A stretch of 28,063 nucleotides of DNA. It comes from a virus. Taxonomy: Duplodnaviria > Heunggongvirae > Uroviricota > Caudoviricetes. The position numbers and the translations under genes are program-made. Each line of letters begins with the position of its first letter. The first letter of the stretch is position 1. The notes beneath the pieces were generated by a model that had not been told where the DNA came from, searched no databases, and was given only the letters and a program-made list of their open reading frames with translations. Shown in pieces: positions 1 to 12,688 of the stretch. The stretch lies in the IMG/VR virus record IMGVR_UViG_3300028886_000047; one strand, written 5' to 3'.

Positions 1-1482
1 GTAACAGACCAACAGGGTTTTCATTGGGTTGAATATCAAGTATGGGCTGCTGTAGCTATTAAGTTAAACGAACTTATTAATAGTATGACTAATACTATTC
101 CTATACTTATAAACACTGGAGATATGACTCAAAATGGAACTAGAATTAACGAATGGTTGGATTATTATAATGCTGGTAAATGTTTATTTAATCATCTTGA
201 ACAAATGAATGTTGTTGGCAATAATGATTTATGTGGAACTAATCCATATATACTTGGAACAGGTGATGATATTGGAAAATCCAATTCTTTTTATTTCCAT
301 TTATTCTATTGCTATGAAATTAACCCGGAAATTCCTCCTATAGTTAATGGAAAATATATACCTTCTCTCTATTATTTTGACAGTGTTGATAGAAGATATT
401 TAATGGTTAATTCTGAAATTACTCAAGAAAATTGTATAAATTGGTTTGGGCTTACTAGTAATGGAATTCCTGTAAATATTTATACTGGATTTACTTTTAC
501 AGAAGACAATAATTCGCAGTCTTATGTAGCTGAAGAATTATCATTTACTCCGATATATAATCAATTATATTAGATTTGTTCTGAAGCAGGCACTAAAAAA
601 ATAACTGCTGCTTGCCACGAATTACCTTTTACAGTTATTACTAGGGAGTCTTTAAGTCCTTCTAAAGGTAAAAATAAGTTCAGAAATTTATCTAATTCAG
701 ATGCTTTAGTAGGTTCCCATTTAAATCAAATTCATAAAAATGATAATAAAAAAGGTATTTATTGGTTCTCTAGATTAATGGAGTATTTTGATGTATCATT
801 AATTATAGGCGGACATAAACATACCTATGCTTGTACATATCCGTTAAGAGAAAATTATAAATATACTTATCATGCTGGAACTTCTGAGCCAAAAATAAGC
901 AATAAAACTTATACTAATGGAGAAGAGTTAACTAGTTTAGCTGATGGTCCTATGAAAATGTATTCATCTTTATAGAATGATAATATTTAGTTTATAGATG
1001 GAGAAAAGAATTTAACTAAATTCCCATTAACTAAAAGGACTTCAGTTGGAACAGAAAATTCTGATGAATTTTTCCCCTATACTCCAGTAGAAAATTTAAG
1101 TGGTGGAATAATTTATTTTATGTGTCAAGCTAGTGGATACAAATTAACCTCTAATAAAGAACTTCCTTCAGCAAATTAGAAATTTTCTCAAATTATTCCA
1201 TAGACTATCGTAAGTTCTACAACTGTAGATGGAAAAAAAGTAAAAACAGATCAAGCAGCTGCAAATCAAAAATATCCAATGTTTGCAATTATTACTCAAA
1301 CTAATGATAATAAGAATAATATTAAATTACTTAGAGTACATGGTATATTAGGTGATTCCAGTGGTTTTAGTCAAATAAATTATGGAAAATCTAATCCAAG
1401 TTTCCAATATTTAACACTTAATAATACAGATAATTATGGAACTTGGACATCTACTGATAGTTATTTACTTGAAAACATATGA
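1..1482 (+). CDS. Calcineurin-like / purple-acid-phosphatase-type metallophosphoesterase (5' truncated, TAG read-through)
   Basis: Track ORFs 85-573, 778-975 and 1279-1482 share frame 1 and are separated only by TAG. Motifs in order: TDQQ, TGDMTQNG, VGNND, ACHE, GGHKHTY. The TGA stop overlaps the next ATG (ATGA). Confidence 0.8.
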
Positions 1483-4400
1483 AACTTAATAATTCTCAAA
1501 ATATAATTGTAGATGCCGATATAACTATGACAGGACAACATTTAGGGGAAACCTTAGATGTTGTTCTGGATAGTTAGAGCAAAGATATAACTGAACTAAA
1601 GAGAAATGTTAAGTTCTTATACCAATATGGGGGAGTTGGCTCTCATGGTGGAGGTTCAGGAAGTAGTTCTGACGAATGGAGTATATATGCTACATTAAAC
1701 AGAACTTAGATAAATAATAATATTATAAACTTAAATGGAGCAAATTCATATAATCTTCAAATTAGAATATTAAAACCTAACGGAATATCTTATAGAGTAA
1801 CATATTCATATAGAAATTCTAGGGGACAACAACAATCTTCACCTGTAGTTTTAAGTATGGATAATGCTTACTTATTATCAACAAATATAAATCTCGACAT
1901 TAATGATTCAATAGTTGTTGAAGTAATGTCGGAAAATGGCGATGTTAAGCAGGTAAATGCCGAATTTATAACTAATCCATATTCTTTTAAAGTATATTTT
2001 GGCGACGAAAATGGAAATAGGTTTAATGTCGATAATAATGATTTATTTATAAATGATTTAAGAAATTCTGGAATATATGCATATATTGAATACGATATTG
2101 GCATATAGGGAGATGTGTTCTACTCTTATAATTGGTTTGATGGGACTTAGTCAGAAGGTCAAATAGATTTATCATAGTCAAGGGTTGGCAAACTTAAATT
2201 AGACATTACGCCTGAAGCATTTTTAACTGATGCAAATCAAGGATTTTATTCCATTTTAGTAAAGATTAGAGTAGAACCAACAACTCAGCAATCTGTTGAG
2301 TTACCGTATGTTATAAGTTGTAATTTAATTCCTAACTCATTATATTTAAAAATACTGCCTGCAGAAGAAGGAGCATTACTTTATGATGATTAGAATGTAA
2401 TAGACCCTTATTATTTTGGATTAGGAAATATTGTATTTAATTTATAGGTTTATGATGGAGTTGATGATGGGTAGAGAGGTTATTATATTGACACAGTTAT
2501 AAGAAATATGAAAGATAATTCAGAAATTTCTTATGATAGAATATATGTAGAAAAGGAAAGAGATTATTCTATTTCTAAGTATATGATTTCTGACCCTGGA
2601 TGTAATCGAATTACTTTTACATTAGGACATTCGGGATCGGGGCGAGAATATAGTATTTCTAAATACTTCTTTATAAAAGCCTCTTAGTCTAATATAGATT
2701 GGAATTATTTTCATACTAGTAACCCTTCATATATAGAATATTATATAAATAGTAATGGAGGTACTGGAACATTTGACAGTGTTTTTAGTTCTAATCATTT
2801 ATTCGTTTAGACTGAATCTAATACTGCTAAGAGTATTTATATTCCAAATTCTAAAAATTTTATATCATAGGATTGTATGATTAATTTTACAATATCATAT
2901 AATTCAATTAATGATGTAGATAAACCTATATTGCTAATTACTAATAATAATTCTCCAATAACAAATCTATCTGATGATTCTATTAATCAAGTTATTTAGT
3001 ATGCTAATACAATATCTGTATATTAGAATAAAATAAGATTTGATAGTAAAGATTTAGAAATATATATTCCAAAATATGATAGTTTGGATCCAAGTAATCC
3101 TAGCCAATATCATGTTGTTACAATCTATAGAAAATTTTATAAAAAAGTACAAAATTCGTATAGATATGAAATCTTAATTTATATTGATGGAAGTTTAGAA
3201 ACAGCACTTCCTGAGTTTTATAGTTCATCTATATTCTATGATAATATAATATTTAACAAAGGAAATTATAATATGAATTTGTTTGATATTAAATATTATT
3301 CTCCACTTTCTTCTGAACAAAAACCAGTTTGGAATGATGCTGACATAGCTCGTTATTTCTATACTTATGCTTATATGTATGGATTAACTATTGATAATTT
3401 TGAAACTTTAGTTAGTATAAATAATTATGTAACTCAAGGATTTCATATTGATACACCTTCTATAAAAAATCCAGATGTCAATACTAAAATGGTATCTGTT
3501 GATGTATAGGAATTGCAAAATTTGGCAACAATTCCTGAAATGTCTAATATGATTTTATTTGACCTTGAAGATACAGCAGAGTTTACAGATTCCGATGCTA
3601 ATGTAACTAACAATTTTTTAAAATGGTATCAATTTACTATTGATGAGAATTAGGAAGATGATACAGGCAGAAAAGAAGTTAAAGTATCTTATAAAGAAAA
3701 AGGAAGTGTCGGATTTAAAGAAATAATTACAGTAGACAGTAAATTCTATATTGAAAAGTAGGGAACTTCTACTAAAAACTTCTTTTCTAAGAATCTTGAT
3801 TTAATATCAGAATCTACAGACCCTACTAAAACCAGTTTATTTTCTCCTAATTTTGAGTTAATATTAGATATAGATAGTGATGAAGAAAAAAAGAGAAAAT
3901 CTAACACATTTTTACCAGAATCTGTATTTACTTTAAAAAAGGATGTAGTCGACTCTGCTCATTCAAATAATAACTCTATAGCTGATTTTGTTAATTCTAA
4001 TACAACTAAATTTGCTACTGGGGAAAGAGACCATAAGTATTATCCTTATATTAAAAATTGTCTTACAGGATTTCCTTGTTTGGTATTTGTTAGAGTATCT
4101 TATGACTATAATGGAACTAAATATCAGCCAATTTATTTCTTAGGATATTATAATTTTAACTTAGGTAGAAAATCTTATTATAATCTTGGTTATTACAGTT
4201 TAAGAAATTTAGATAATATTTACAATGTAACTGATGATAAAACAGGACTTTCTAACGGATTTAAAGTATATAGTTTAAGTAGCGATATTAATACTATTAA
4301 AGATGGAGTAATTGTTACTGAAGTATAGAATAACAATCCATATTATGATTTCTCACAGTACCATTCCTCTATATTGTTTGGAGCTAATGATAAAGATATA

Positions 4401-7400
4401 TTCCATATGTTTGGAGATTATGTATTTTCTCCAAATTTAAGAGACCGTTATCAGAATCTTATACAAAATTTTGTTAAGAATATCTGTTTATCTGGAGGAT
4501 ATATATTTGAGTATTTAAAAAAGAATTTTGGACCACAACTTGATGAATATAAAAAGACTATTGAAAAGGATGGAAAAGTAATGTCATATAATCAAGTACC
4601 AAATTACAAAACATAGTATAAAAGAGTTTTTAATAATTAGTACGAATATTAGATAGATGAAGAACTATCTCCACAAACAAATAATGGTACATTAGTTAAA
4701 ACAATTTTAGGAGACGAAGAATAGGAAATACTTCCATTATTAGACTATCGGTCTTTAGTTGAATATTATACTATTATTATGGCTTTTGGCATGTTAGACT
4801 CTATAGAAAAGAATATGAATATAAAGTCTTGGAATAGTGGTCAAACATTTAGTCTAGCTTTCTACGATATGGATACAGCATTAGGACTCGATAATGGTGG
4901 CCAATATATAGAATATTATGCTTTTAGTGATTATTTTGATTTATTAAATGATTCAACTACTCTTGAACAGGCTGTAATATATAGAGATTTCTTTAGTCCT
5001 TCAAGTACTTATAAAGGATTTGATACTCCATCTTCTTATTTACTTGCTATAGCCAAATATTCTGCATTAATATTGGGTTCTGATATTATAGGAAATTTTC
5101 CTTTAAGATTTTGGGCTAAATTACGTCGAACAGAATTATAGAATGCTCATGCTTTTATTTAGAAGTATTATTCTAATAGAACAGATGAAGTTGGAATAAG
5201 TTTAATGAATTATAATTATAGAGCAACTTATCTCCAAAAATCTGATAATGGATATATGGGGGATTTTAATAGATTTCATGGAAATAGAAAATATTATACT
5301 GAAAATTGGTTAAAAGAACGTCTTCATATTCTTGATGTATATATGGGATTAATGTCTACTGAGAATTATAGATATATTCAATATTTAGACGAAAATAATG
5401 ATTGGAAAAGTTTAGCTATTAACGGAGTTCCAGTTAGGGAAGTTGGAATTACTTCTACGGAAAAGGGATTAGATAATCCTGATATTATAATCTATAAAGA
5501 CATTTTCTCACAAACTAATGCAGGAAATAAATATAGTAATAATATAATTACAACAATTAAAGCTCTTGAAAATAGTTTCATTGTTATAAATATTCCAGGT
5601 AAAGAACCCGAATAGTATATGATTAAAGACCCTACTAAAGAATATGAATTAACTGTTAATGTGTATGGTTCTAATAATGTATTATTTGGAGGCTCAGATA
5701 GGTGGACTTATATTTCAGATGTAGCTCCATTTGTTTAGTCACAAAATCTATATATAAATTCGACTTTATTACAAAATTTATATATTTCATCTAATGTTTT
5801 TACTACTCTAAGCTCCATAAGTGGATATTTGCCGGCAGTTAGAGACATTAAAGTGGAAGGTAAGAAAAATGCTTTTAATTTGGAAATTAATAATTCTAAT
5901 AGTGATAATATGTTTCCAAATGTTTAGAGTATTGATTTAACTAGTTCATCTGTAAATTTAAAAATCAATAATTCTAGAGTAACATCTATTATAGCAAATA
6001 ATATGAATGCTGCTGAACTTAGTATAATAAATTGTCTTTATATTAATAATTTAGAAATTGATAATTCTACATTTACTAGTTCTATTAGTATATCTCCTCT
6101 GCCAAGTACTATATCTAATTTTATATTAGACAATGTAGAAGCAAAAACTATAAATATTACTTCTGCAAATGAAAATGCTACTATCACTATTAGTAATAAT
6201 TCATTATTAGAAAATGTTACTTTAACAGGATTTAAAAAGGTAGTTATTCAAACATGTCCTAAACTTAAATCTGTTACTTTAGGTAATACTACTGAAGAAT
6301 TACAAATTACTACTTGCAGTAGAAATTCTACAACCTTAAAAATTAATGAAAGTGATGATTGGGATATAGATTTATCTGGATTAACTAATCTTAAATCAGT
6401 ATGTTTTGCTACCAATGATTCTAATTATACAGCTAATGTTAAAAGAGTTAAACTTCCAGATGGATGTAAATTGCCTGCATATGCTTTTTATAGAACTTCT
6501 ATTACAGAAATTAGTTCAACTGGAACCGTTTATTTATTAAGTGCTCCAAGTGGTACAACTTATGTTTCGTATATTTTTTATAATACTCCATTAACTACTG
6601 GATTACAATATTTGCGTATAAATAATGATTGTAAATCGTTAGCTGGAATATTTGGTAGAGGTTCTGGTGGAGGAGGCTTATTAACACTACAGGAAGTATC
6701 TACATTTTTAAATAATATTCCTATAGATAATAATGTAGTTTCTATTTCTGGAATGTTTTTTGGGCAAACTGCTTTAGTATATAATAAGGAAAATAATTTT
6801 AATGAATATAAAAATCAAACATGTTCATTATCTTTAGCTAAATTTACAAAAGTTAATTCTATTGCTAGTGTATTTTCTCATACAGGAGTAACCTTCTTTA
6901 ATAAATATATATTTACTAATAAGAATAATACATCATATGTAGGAAAGGATTATAATGGAGATATAAATGTTTATGCAGCCCTAACTCCTACTACAAATCC
7001 AAATATTTTATATTGTACAATTGATAGTTTATCTGGAATTATAGGCAAAATTAGTATATTAGATATGTTTGTAACATTTAATAGTGCAGATACTACACTA
7101 AAAGGTGGAACAACAAAATTACAGTTAATTGATGGCAATGGAGATACATACTCTGAGACAGATGCTAAAAATATTAAGATAAAACAATTTTTCAATGGGG
7201 GAATAAATAAAATTAAAAAAATATTCTCTGTATAGTTTACCCAATATCATAATTTTCATGGTTTGTTTTATGATATAAATTCTATACAAAGTACAAATCC
7301 AATAACAGATTGGACACAGTTAACATTATTAGCTAATTGTTTTGATAAAGTTATAAGTTTATCTGATGATAATATTCAAGAAGAATTTAAAGCTATAGGA

Positions 7401-9326
7401 TTATAGTCAACTAATATTAATTATTTATATTAGTGTTTTAATGAAATATCTTCTAACACATTTATTAATTTGTTTAGTGACATTCCTTGGAGTAAGTTCA
7501 AAATTTCTAGTTTAAATGGGAATAACAATAATACTATTAATGACCATTTCTCTACAGGAAAATATAGAACTGATGGGCAAAAAATTCTACTTTACGACTG
7601 CTTCCAATTCAGTGCTGATAAAAATAAGATTTGTAAATATATTACCCAAGAAAATTATAATTCTTTATGGACTAATTATATAAATCAAAGTAGTTATTAT
7701 ACTAAACTTGGAAATATATTTGAAAATACTCTTTTAATATCTTCAAATCCAGAAGGTTACAATTTGCCAGCAAAAACTACTAAAATAACTGAACTTTATA
7801 ATACTTTTTCAAGAGCAAAAATTATTGCTTAGACAATTACATCAGAAGAAGCATTTAATAGTTTATCAGACTCAGATTTTATTCCTATAAAATTAGATAA
7901 TATTATTACTAATATGCCTTCTTGTGTAGTATTTGACCATGCTTTTTAGTATTTGACATTATCAAATGCTTTACCTATGAATTTCTTTAAACGGAGGAAA
8001 CAAATATAGACTAATGTATATAAAACAACTGAAGATGGCCCAGTTATTGTCAACGATGAATTATAGCCAATTAGATTAGTAACTTATGCTTATGATTAGA
8101 ATATTAAAAATCTTTCCTATTGTTTTTATAACACTAAAATTAAGTCTGAAGAAAATCCATTCTTTAATGTTACTAATATAAATATTGACTCAAATCATTT
8201 AGAAACAACGGATGGAACAAGATTATAGGATGAATATTATGTTGTCGATGTTATTTCATCTCCAACAAAAGTTCAACCTAATCCGGAATTAACTGATTGC
8301 AATGATGTTATAGTTCATTATGATGTAGGTATTATTAATGATTTAGACCCTCAAGTGCCAAATTGGCAAAATTCTATAATTTAGGGATTACATGAATTGG
8401 AACACAATAATATATTATTTGTAGCTCCAGATATTTTATATGGATGCCTGAAAAATTGTGATATATCCTATTGTTTCGCAGAAAGTAATTTCTCGGGAGC
8501 AATTCCTAAACATATATTCCAAAGAGTTGAAAATGGAGTAACTAAGGGATTTGAATAGGCAGCGAATATAGAAAATTGGATATACAGAGTTAATATACTC
8601 CCACAAAGGTATTCAGCATAGCCTGATTATACAGAATCTGATTTAGGTATAAGCAGCAGGAATAAAATTAATTATGTTTATATTCCAGATAATTTTAATA
8701 CTAAGATTACTAGCTATAAGAATGCTTTTAATTTTTATTTAAGATTGCCTCCAAAATTTGCAACAAATGGTACTGATACTATTATAGCTTATTATCTATT
8801 TTCCAACCTAGCTTTTGGAACATAGACTAAGCCAGAATTAGATACTTGCTTGCCTATTATTCCACTGCCTTATTCAGATACATCTACTTCTATCAGGTAT
8901 AATGGTAAAACAATTTATAACTATGATTTTTGTAATCCTGGAAATATATATTATAATATAATGTATAATTCGGACGGATTTGATGGTTATTCATTGGCCA
9001 GCGGAATTAATGTAAGTAATATGTTTGATGCAACTTATACTAGATTAGGATTTGGAAGATTGTTTAAAAATTTAAATACATCATTTAATAGTTATAGATT
9101 AAATTCTAGAAGAGAATCTGGAAAGACAATTTATACTCCATGTATAAGATTTAGTTCAAACGATAAACCTTCTTGGATTATATTTCCAAATGCTACAGCA
9201 CTTTTAAATAATTATATTTCTGCAAGTGGAGGTGGAGGTGTTCCCACTTCTAAGATACAAGAAAGTTTAATTAAAGCTTCAAATACAAGTTATTATAAAG
9301 TTAACAACTCAATAGAATTAGTTTAA
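1479..9326 (+). CDS. Giant (~2615 aa) multidomain protein: beta-rich N-terminus, LamG-like segment, CotH-like kinase domain, LRR/BspA-like C-terminal half
   Basis: Nine track ORFs from 1857 to 8850 share one frame, and the gaps I read contain TAG but no TAA/TGA. CotH-like motifs: K[TAG]GTST..F.KN, FTLKKDVVDSAHSNN, GFP, YFLGYYNFN, DSIEKN, FYDMDTALG. LamG-like HVVTIY..LIYIDG near 3110-3200. LRR-like segments (CPKLKSVTL, IDLSGLTNLKSV) after 6000. Confidence 0.75.
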
Positions 9327-10369
9327 TGAGAACTTTAGAGTATTACATTAACAAAAACAAACACACATGTGTACAACTTCCTTAGAAAGTTAGTACATGT
9401 TTGTAGATAAATAACTATCTTTCCGAGTATACAACTGACTCGGAAAGATAGTAGGTTTTACATAATTTAGGTTTAGATACATTAATAGAAAATTTACAAA
9501 CTACTATTGATAGTTATAAAACAGATTTGGAATCATAGATAAATTCTATTTCAGAAAATGTTAGTCAAGATTTTTATAGTGTTGGTTCACAAGAATCTTT
9601 AGAAACAGCTATATAGGCTATACCTACTAAATAGAAAAAATTAGGATTAGTAATTACTTTTAAAACATCAGATGGTTGGCAGTGGTATTAGTATTTGGGT
9701 TCAAGTATTTTAAATTGGAGCGACCCTACTCAAAACTGGAAAAAGCTTAATTTCTGTAAAGAAAATGAAGGAATTACTATTACTTCTAATAAAACTTATA
9801 TTACGTTATCTAATCATGCCGAAACAGCTCAAGTAACTATAACGGCTAAAGATGGATTTATATCAGGCGGTAGTTATTATACAGATAAACATACTACTCC
9901 CATATTATTTCCTAACTTATCCTCACCTGTTAAATCTGTAACTGTTTTAGTAGATTTGAATAATGATTCAGATACTATTTTTACAGCAAAAGCAAAAGTT
10001 AATGGAGAAATAATAACTCAAACCTATACATTTAAAATACAATATCCTGTTTGGATAAAGTTTTCACAAAATGTAGACTATACTTAGGATACATATTGGG
10101 CTTCAATATTCCTTAATTCAAATGATATTGTAAGAAATAATGATTTATCAACTACTAAGACAATAAATAACCAACGTTCTGGATAGCCTTTATTTGTAAT
10201 AGTTCCAAAATAGTATAATGTTTCTATTAAAATGAATGGATTTGATTTTCCATTAGAAAGTCCAGTAGATATTCCCAGTCAATATGAAAATGTACCATAT
10301 AAGATATATAAGTCATCAAATACTTATGATGAAGGCAATTATCCGTTAGTAATAACATATAGTATATGA
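9326..10369 (+). CDS. Putative tail/fibre-associated structural protein (347 aa, TAG read-through)
   Basis: Starts at a TAATG overlap and ends at a TGA overlapping the next ATG. Contains track ORF 9695-10087. Motifs NYLSEY..ERQQVLHNLGL and LETAIQAIP..KLGLVITF..WQWYQY resemble Bacteroidetes phage tail modules (from recall). Confidence 0.6.
9414..9452. repeat. Perfect 15-bp inverted repeat within CDS
   Basis: ACTATCTTTCCGAGT (9414-9428), 9-nt loop, ACTCGGAAAGATAGT (9438-9452), followed by AGGTTTT. Confidence 0.9.
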
Positions 10370-12549
10370 AAGGAAATGTTTTAATTAAAGCTCCCGGAGA
10401 ATTGTATTCTCCAACTACTGGAGGAGTTCTTGTTTCAGCTGATGGCGTTAGAGACTATAGATTAAATAAGAATCAAGAATAGATAAATCAAGAATTTGAA
10501 GAACTAATTAATAACTATTCTGGAGGAACTTCTAATCTTCAAACAGATAATTATGATATAACCGAAACTGAAAATCATTATCTTCGATTTGCTAATAGAG
10601 TATTTAATAGTAATATTCAATTTGGATATGTTTATTGGACTCCCGTCAAAAAATATAATATTCCTTATTTTGTAAACTTAATTAGTGACGAAATAGAAGT
10701 AATAGAAGGTTCACCATCTTCTACGATACTTTTAACAGGTGTCTATTATAGTAAGTCTGCAAAAAGATTTGTAGCTCAATCAAAAAGAAATAATACCATA
10801 ACATATTATACTGAGTGGGAAGCATTTAACAGTAATGATGAAAAATATCAGTTTGATAGTAGTTCTGTATATAATGCTATTGATTTAGAAACGGATTCAT
10901 TATATTATATTGATGAAAATACAGTATGTAAAATTAGATGGGACGACAACGAACATATTACTATAGTAGTTAGAAGAAACCCATCAACTCAACTTCTTAT
11001 TAATGCTATTCCTTATGAATAGCTTGGAACAATAGGATTTAATGCTATTAATGTAATAAGACATCGTTATAATCTGCAAGGTAGAACAATAGATTTTTCA
11101 AGTGCTGATGACTATTTTATTCTAAAATTCGAAGGAGGAAGTTTTTATAATGGAACAATAATTGGTTCTAATAAAGTATATCTTGATTTAGATGAAATCG
11201 CTCCTACTTAGGATTGGTCAGTATTTGAAGGAAACTTTGCTAATTACGGAACTAGTTATCCAACAAATCCTCATATTGGACAAATGTTTTTTAATGTTGA
11301 GCTCGATAAACCAGAATTTTGGAATGGAGAACGATGGACTAGTAAATCTAGTTGCGAAATACATAAAGGAACAACATTAGAACGCCCAAATGATTTGACA
11401 GAAGAAGATGAAGGTTATATGTACTATGATACAACTCTTCATAAACCAATTTTTTGGAATGGAAATTATTGGACCGATGCTAATGGATTAGTAGCTGCTA
11501 TAAAATATGGAAATGTATTAGAAAGGCCAACTAATTTATCATATCCAAATGATGTAGGATATACATTCTTTGATACTGTTGATAATGTATTACTTTATTG
11601 GAGTCAAGATGCATATGGACATGATGTTTGGAAAGATGGATCTGGAAATGATTATAGTATAATAGAATTTACTTCTATACTTAATTTGACAGCTACAGAT
11701 TTCAATAATGGATAGAATATTTTAAATAGAACTTGGGTACAACAATCTCTCAATGATCCAAAATCAATTTATTATTTAGGAGATAATTTAAAAATATTTG
11801 GAGCTTGTAGAACAGAATCTTCAGAAATTCCTTGTAATTTTTATGCTAATTGGAGTAATAATAGATTATTTAGAGAAAGAGATGTATTTGAAGATATTAA
11901 TTCTAATATTCCGAATAATATTACAAATTCCATTAGTACAACTCCCTATTTTAAAAATTTAGAAAATTCTAAATTATATAGATATAATAAAAGAACTGAA
12001 AAATTAGAAGAAATTGATTTAGAAAGAAAAACTTCAGGTACAATATTTGATAGGCCAACTGATTTAACCAATGATATGATTGGGTATGAATTTTACGATG
12101 AAATTGATAATGTAACTATTTATTATTTAGGTAAAGAAAAAGGAATAGATATTTGGAAATCAAGAAGTGGAGATGTTTATTCAATAATTCCATTTGATGA
12201 TGAATATCCCACTATTAGTGATTCTAACGAAAGATCTAGAATTTAGGTAGAAAGTGAGTCTGTTATTTCAACACATTTAGTAAATACTGTTTTATTCTGT
12301 ACAAGTTATCAAATATTCTTAGGATATGATTCTGGAGAAATATTTGGAAATTGGGTACCGAAATATGATAATTCTAAAATTTTAGCAAATAAATATTATA
12401 ACAATCAACCTGTAAGTTTTACAAATATTGAAAATAATATTAATAAAACAGCTTATTTCTTTAACAGAAGTAATAATAATTATTATAGATATAATCCATC
12501 TACTCATTTATTAACAATTTTAGATGAAAACTTAGATTTTGTTGAATAA
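10366..12549 (+). CDS. Putative tail fibre/spike protein with G-T-x-x-ERP...YDT...W repeats (727 aa, TAG read-through)
   Basis: Frame 1 is open apart from TAG, from an ATGA overlap to TAA at 12547-12549. Contains YNLQGRTIDF..LKFEGGSFYNGTIIG and four repeats such as GTTLERPNDL..GYMYYDTTLHKPIFWNG. Confidence 0.65.
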
Positions 12550-12567
12550 GTAATATGTTACTAAATG

Positions 12568-12592
12568 TAACTTATTGATTATCAATGAGTTA
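12568..12592. promoter_or_regulatory. Palindrome made of two inverted IHF-consensus sites
   Basis: TAACTTATTGATTATCAATGAGTTA. TATCAATGAGTTA on + and AATCAATAAGTTA on - both match WATCAANNNNTTR. Confidence 0.5.
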
Positions 12593-12620
12593 AAAAATTT
12601 TTAGTAATGTTATTGTTTTT

Positions 12621-12687
12621 AAAGAAGTGTAAATACTTTAATATTAGTTGCAACTAGATACTAATGTTAATTTATTTACACTTTTTT
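12621..12687 (+). promoter_or_regulatory. Long RNA hairpin ending immediately before the start codon at 12689
   Basis: AAAGAAGTGTAAATA (12621-12635) pairs with TATTTACACTTTTTT (12673-12687). TTAATATTAGT (12638-12648) pairs with ACTAATGTTAA (12660-12670). The mismatches are G-U compatible. Confidence 0.6.
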
Positions 12688-12688
12688 T

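Noticed and set aside
1-12549. Pseudogene decay or sequencing errors as the cause of ORF fragmentation
   Set aside because: The interruptions are all TAG, with no frameshifts or TAA/TGA, and motifs continue across them.
12575-12585. FNR or Fur box at TTGATTATCAA
   Set aside because: FNR needs TTGAT-N4-ATCAA and the spacing here is 1. The Fur match is poor, and the IHF consensus fits better.
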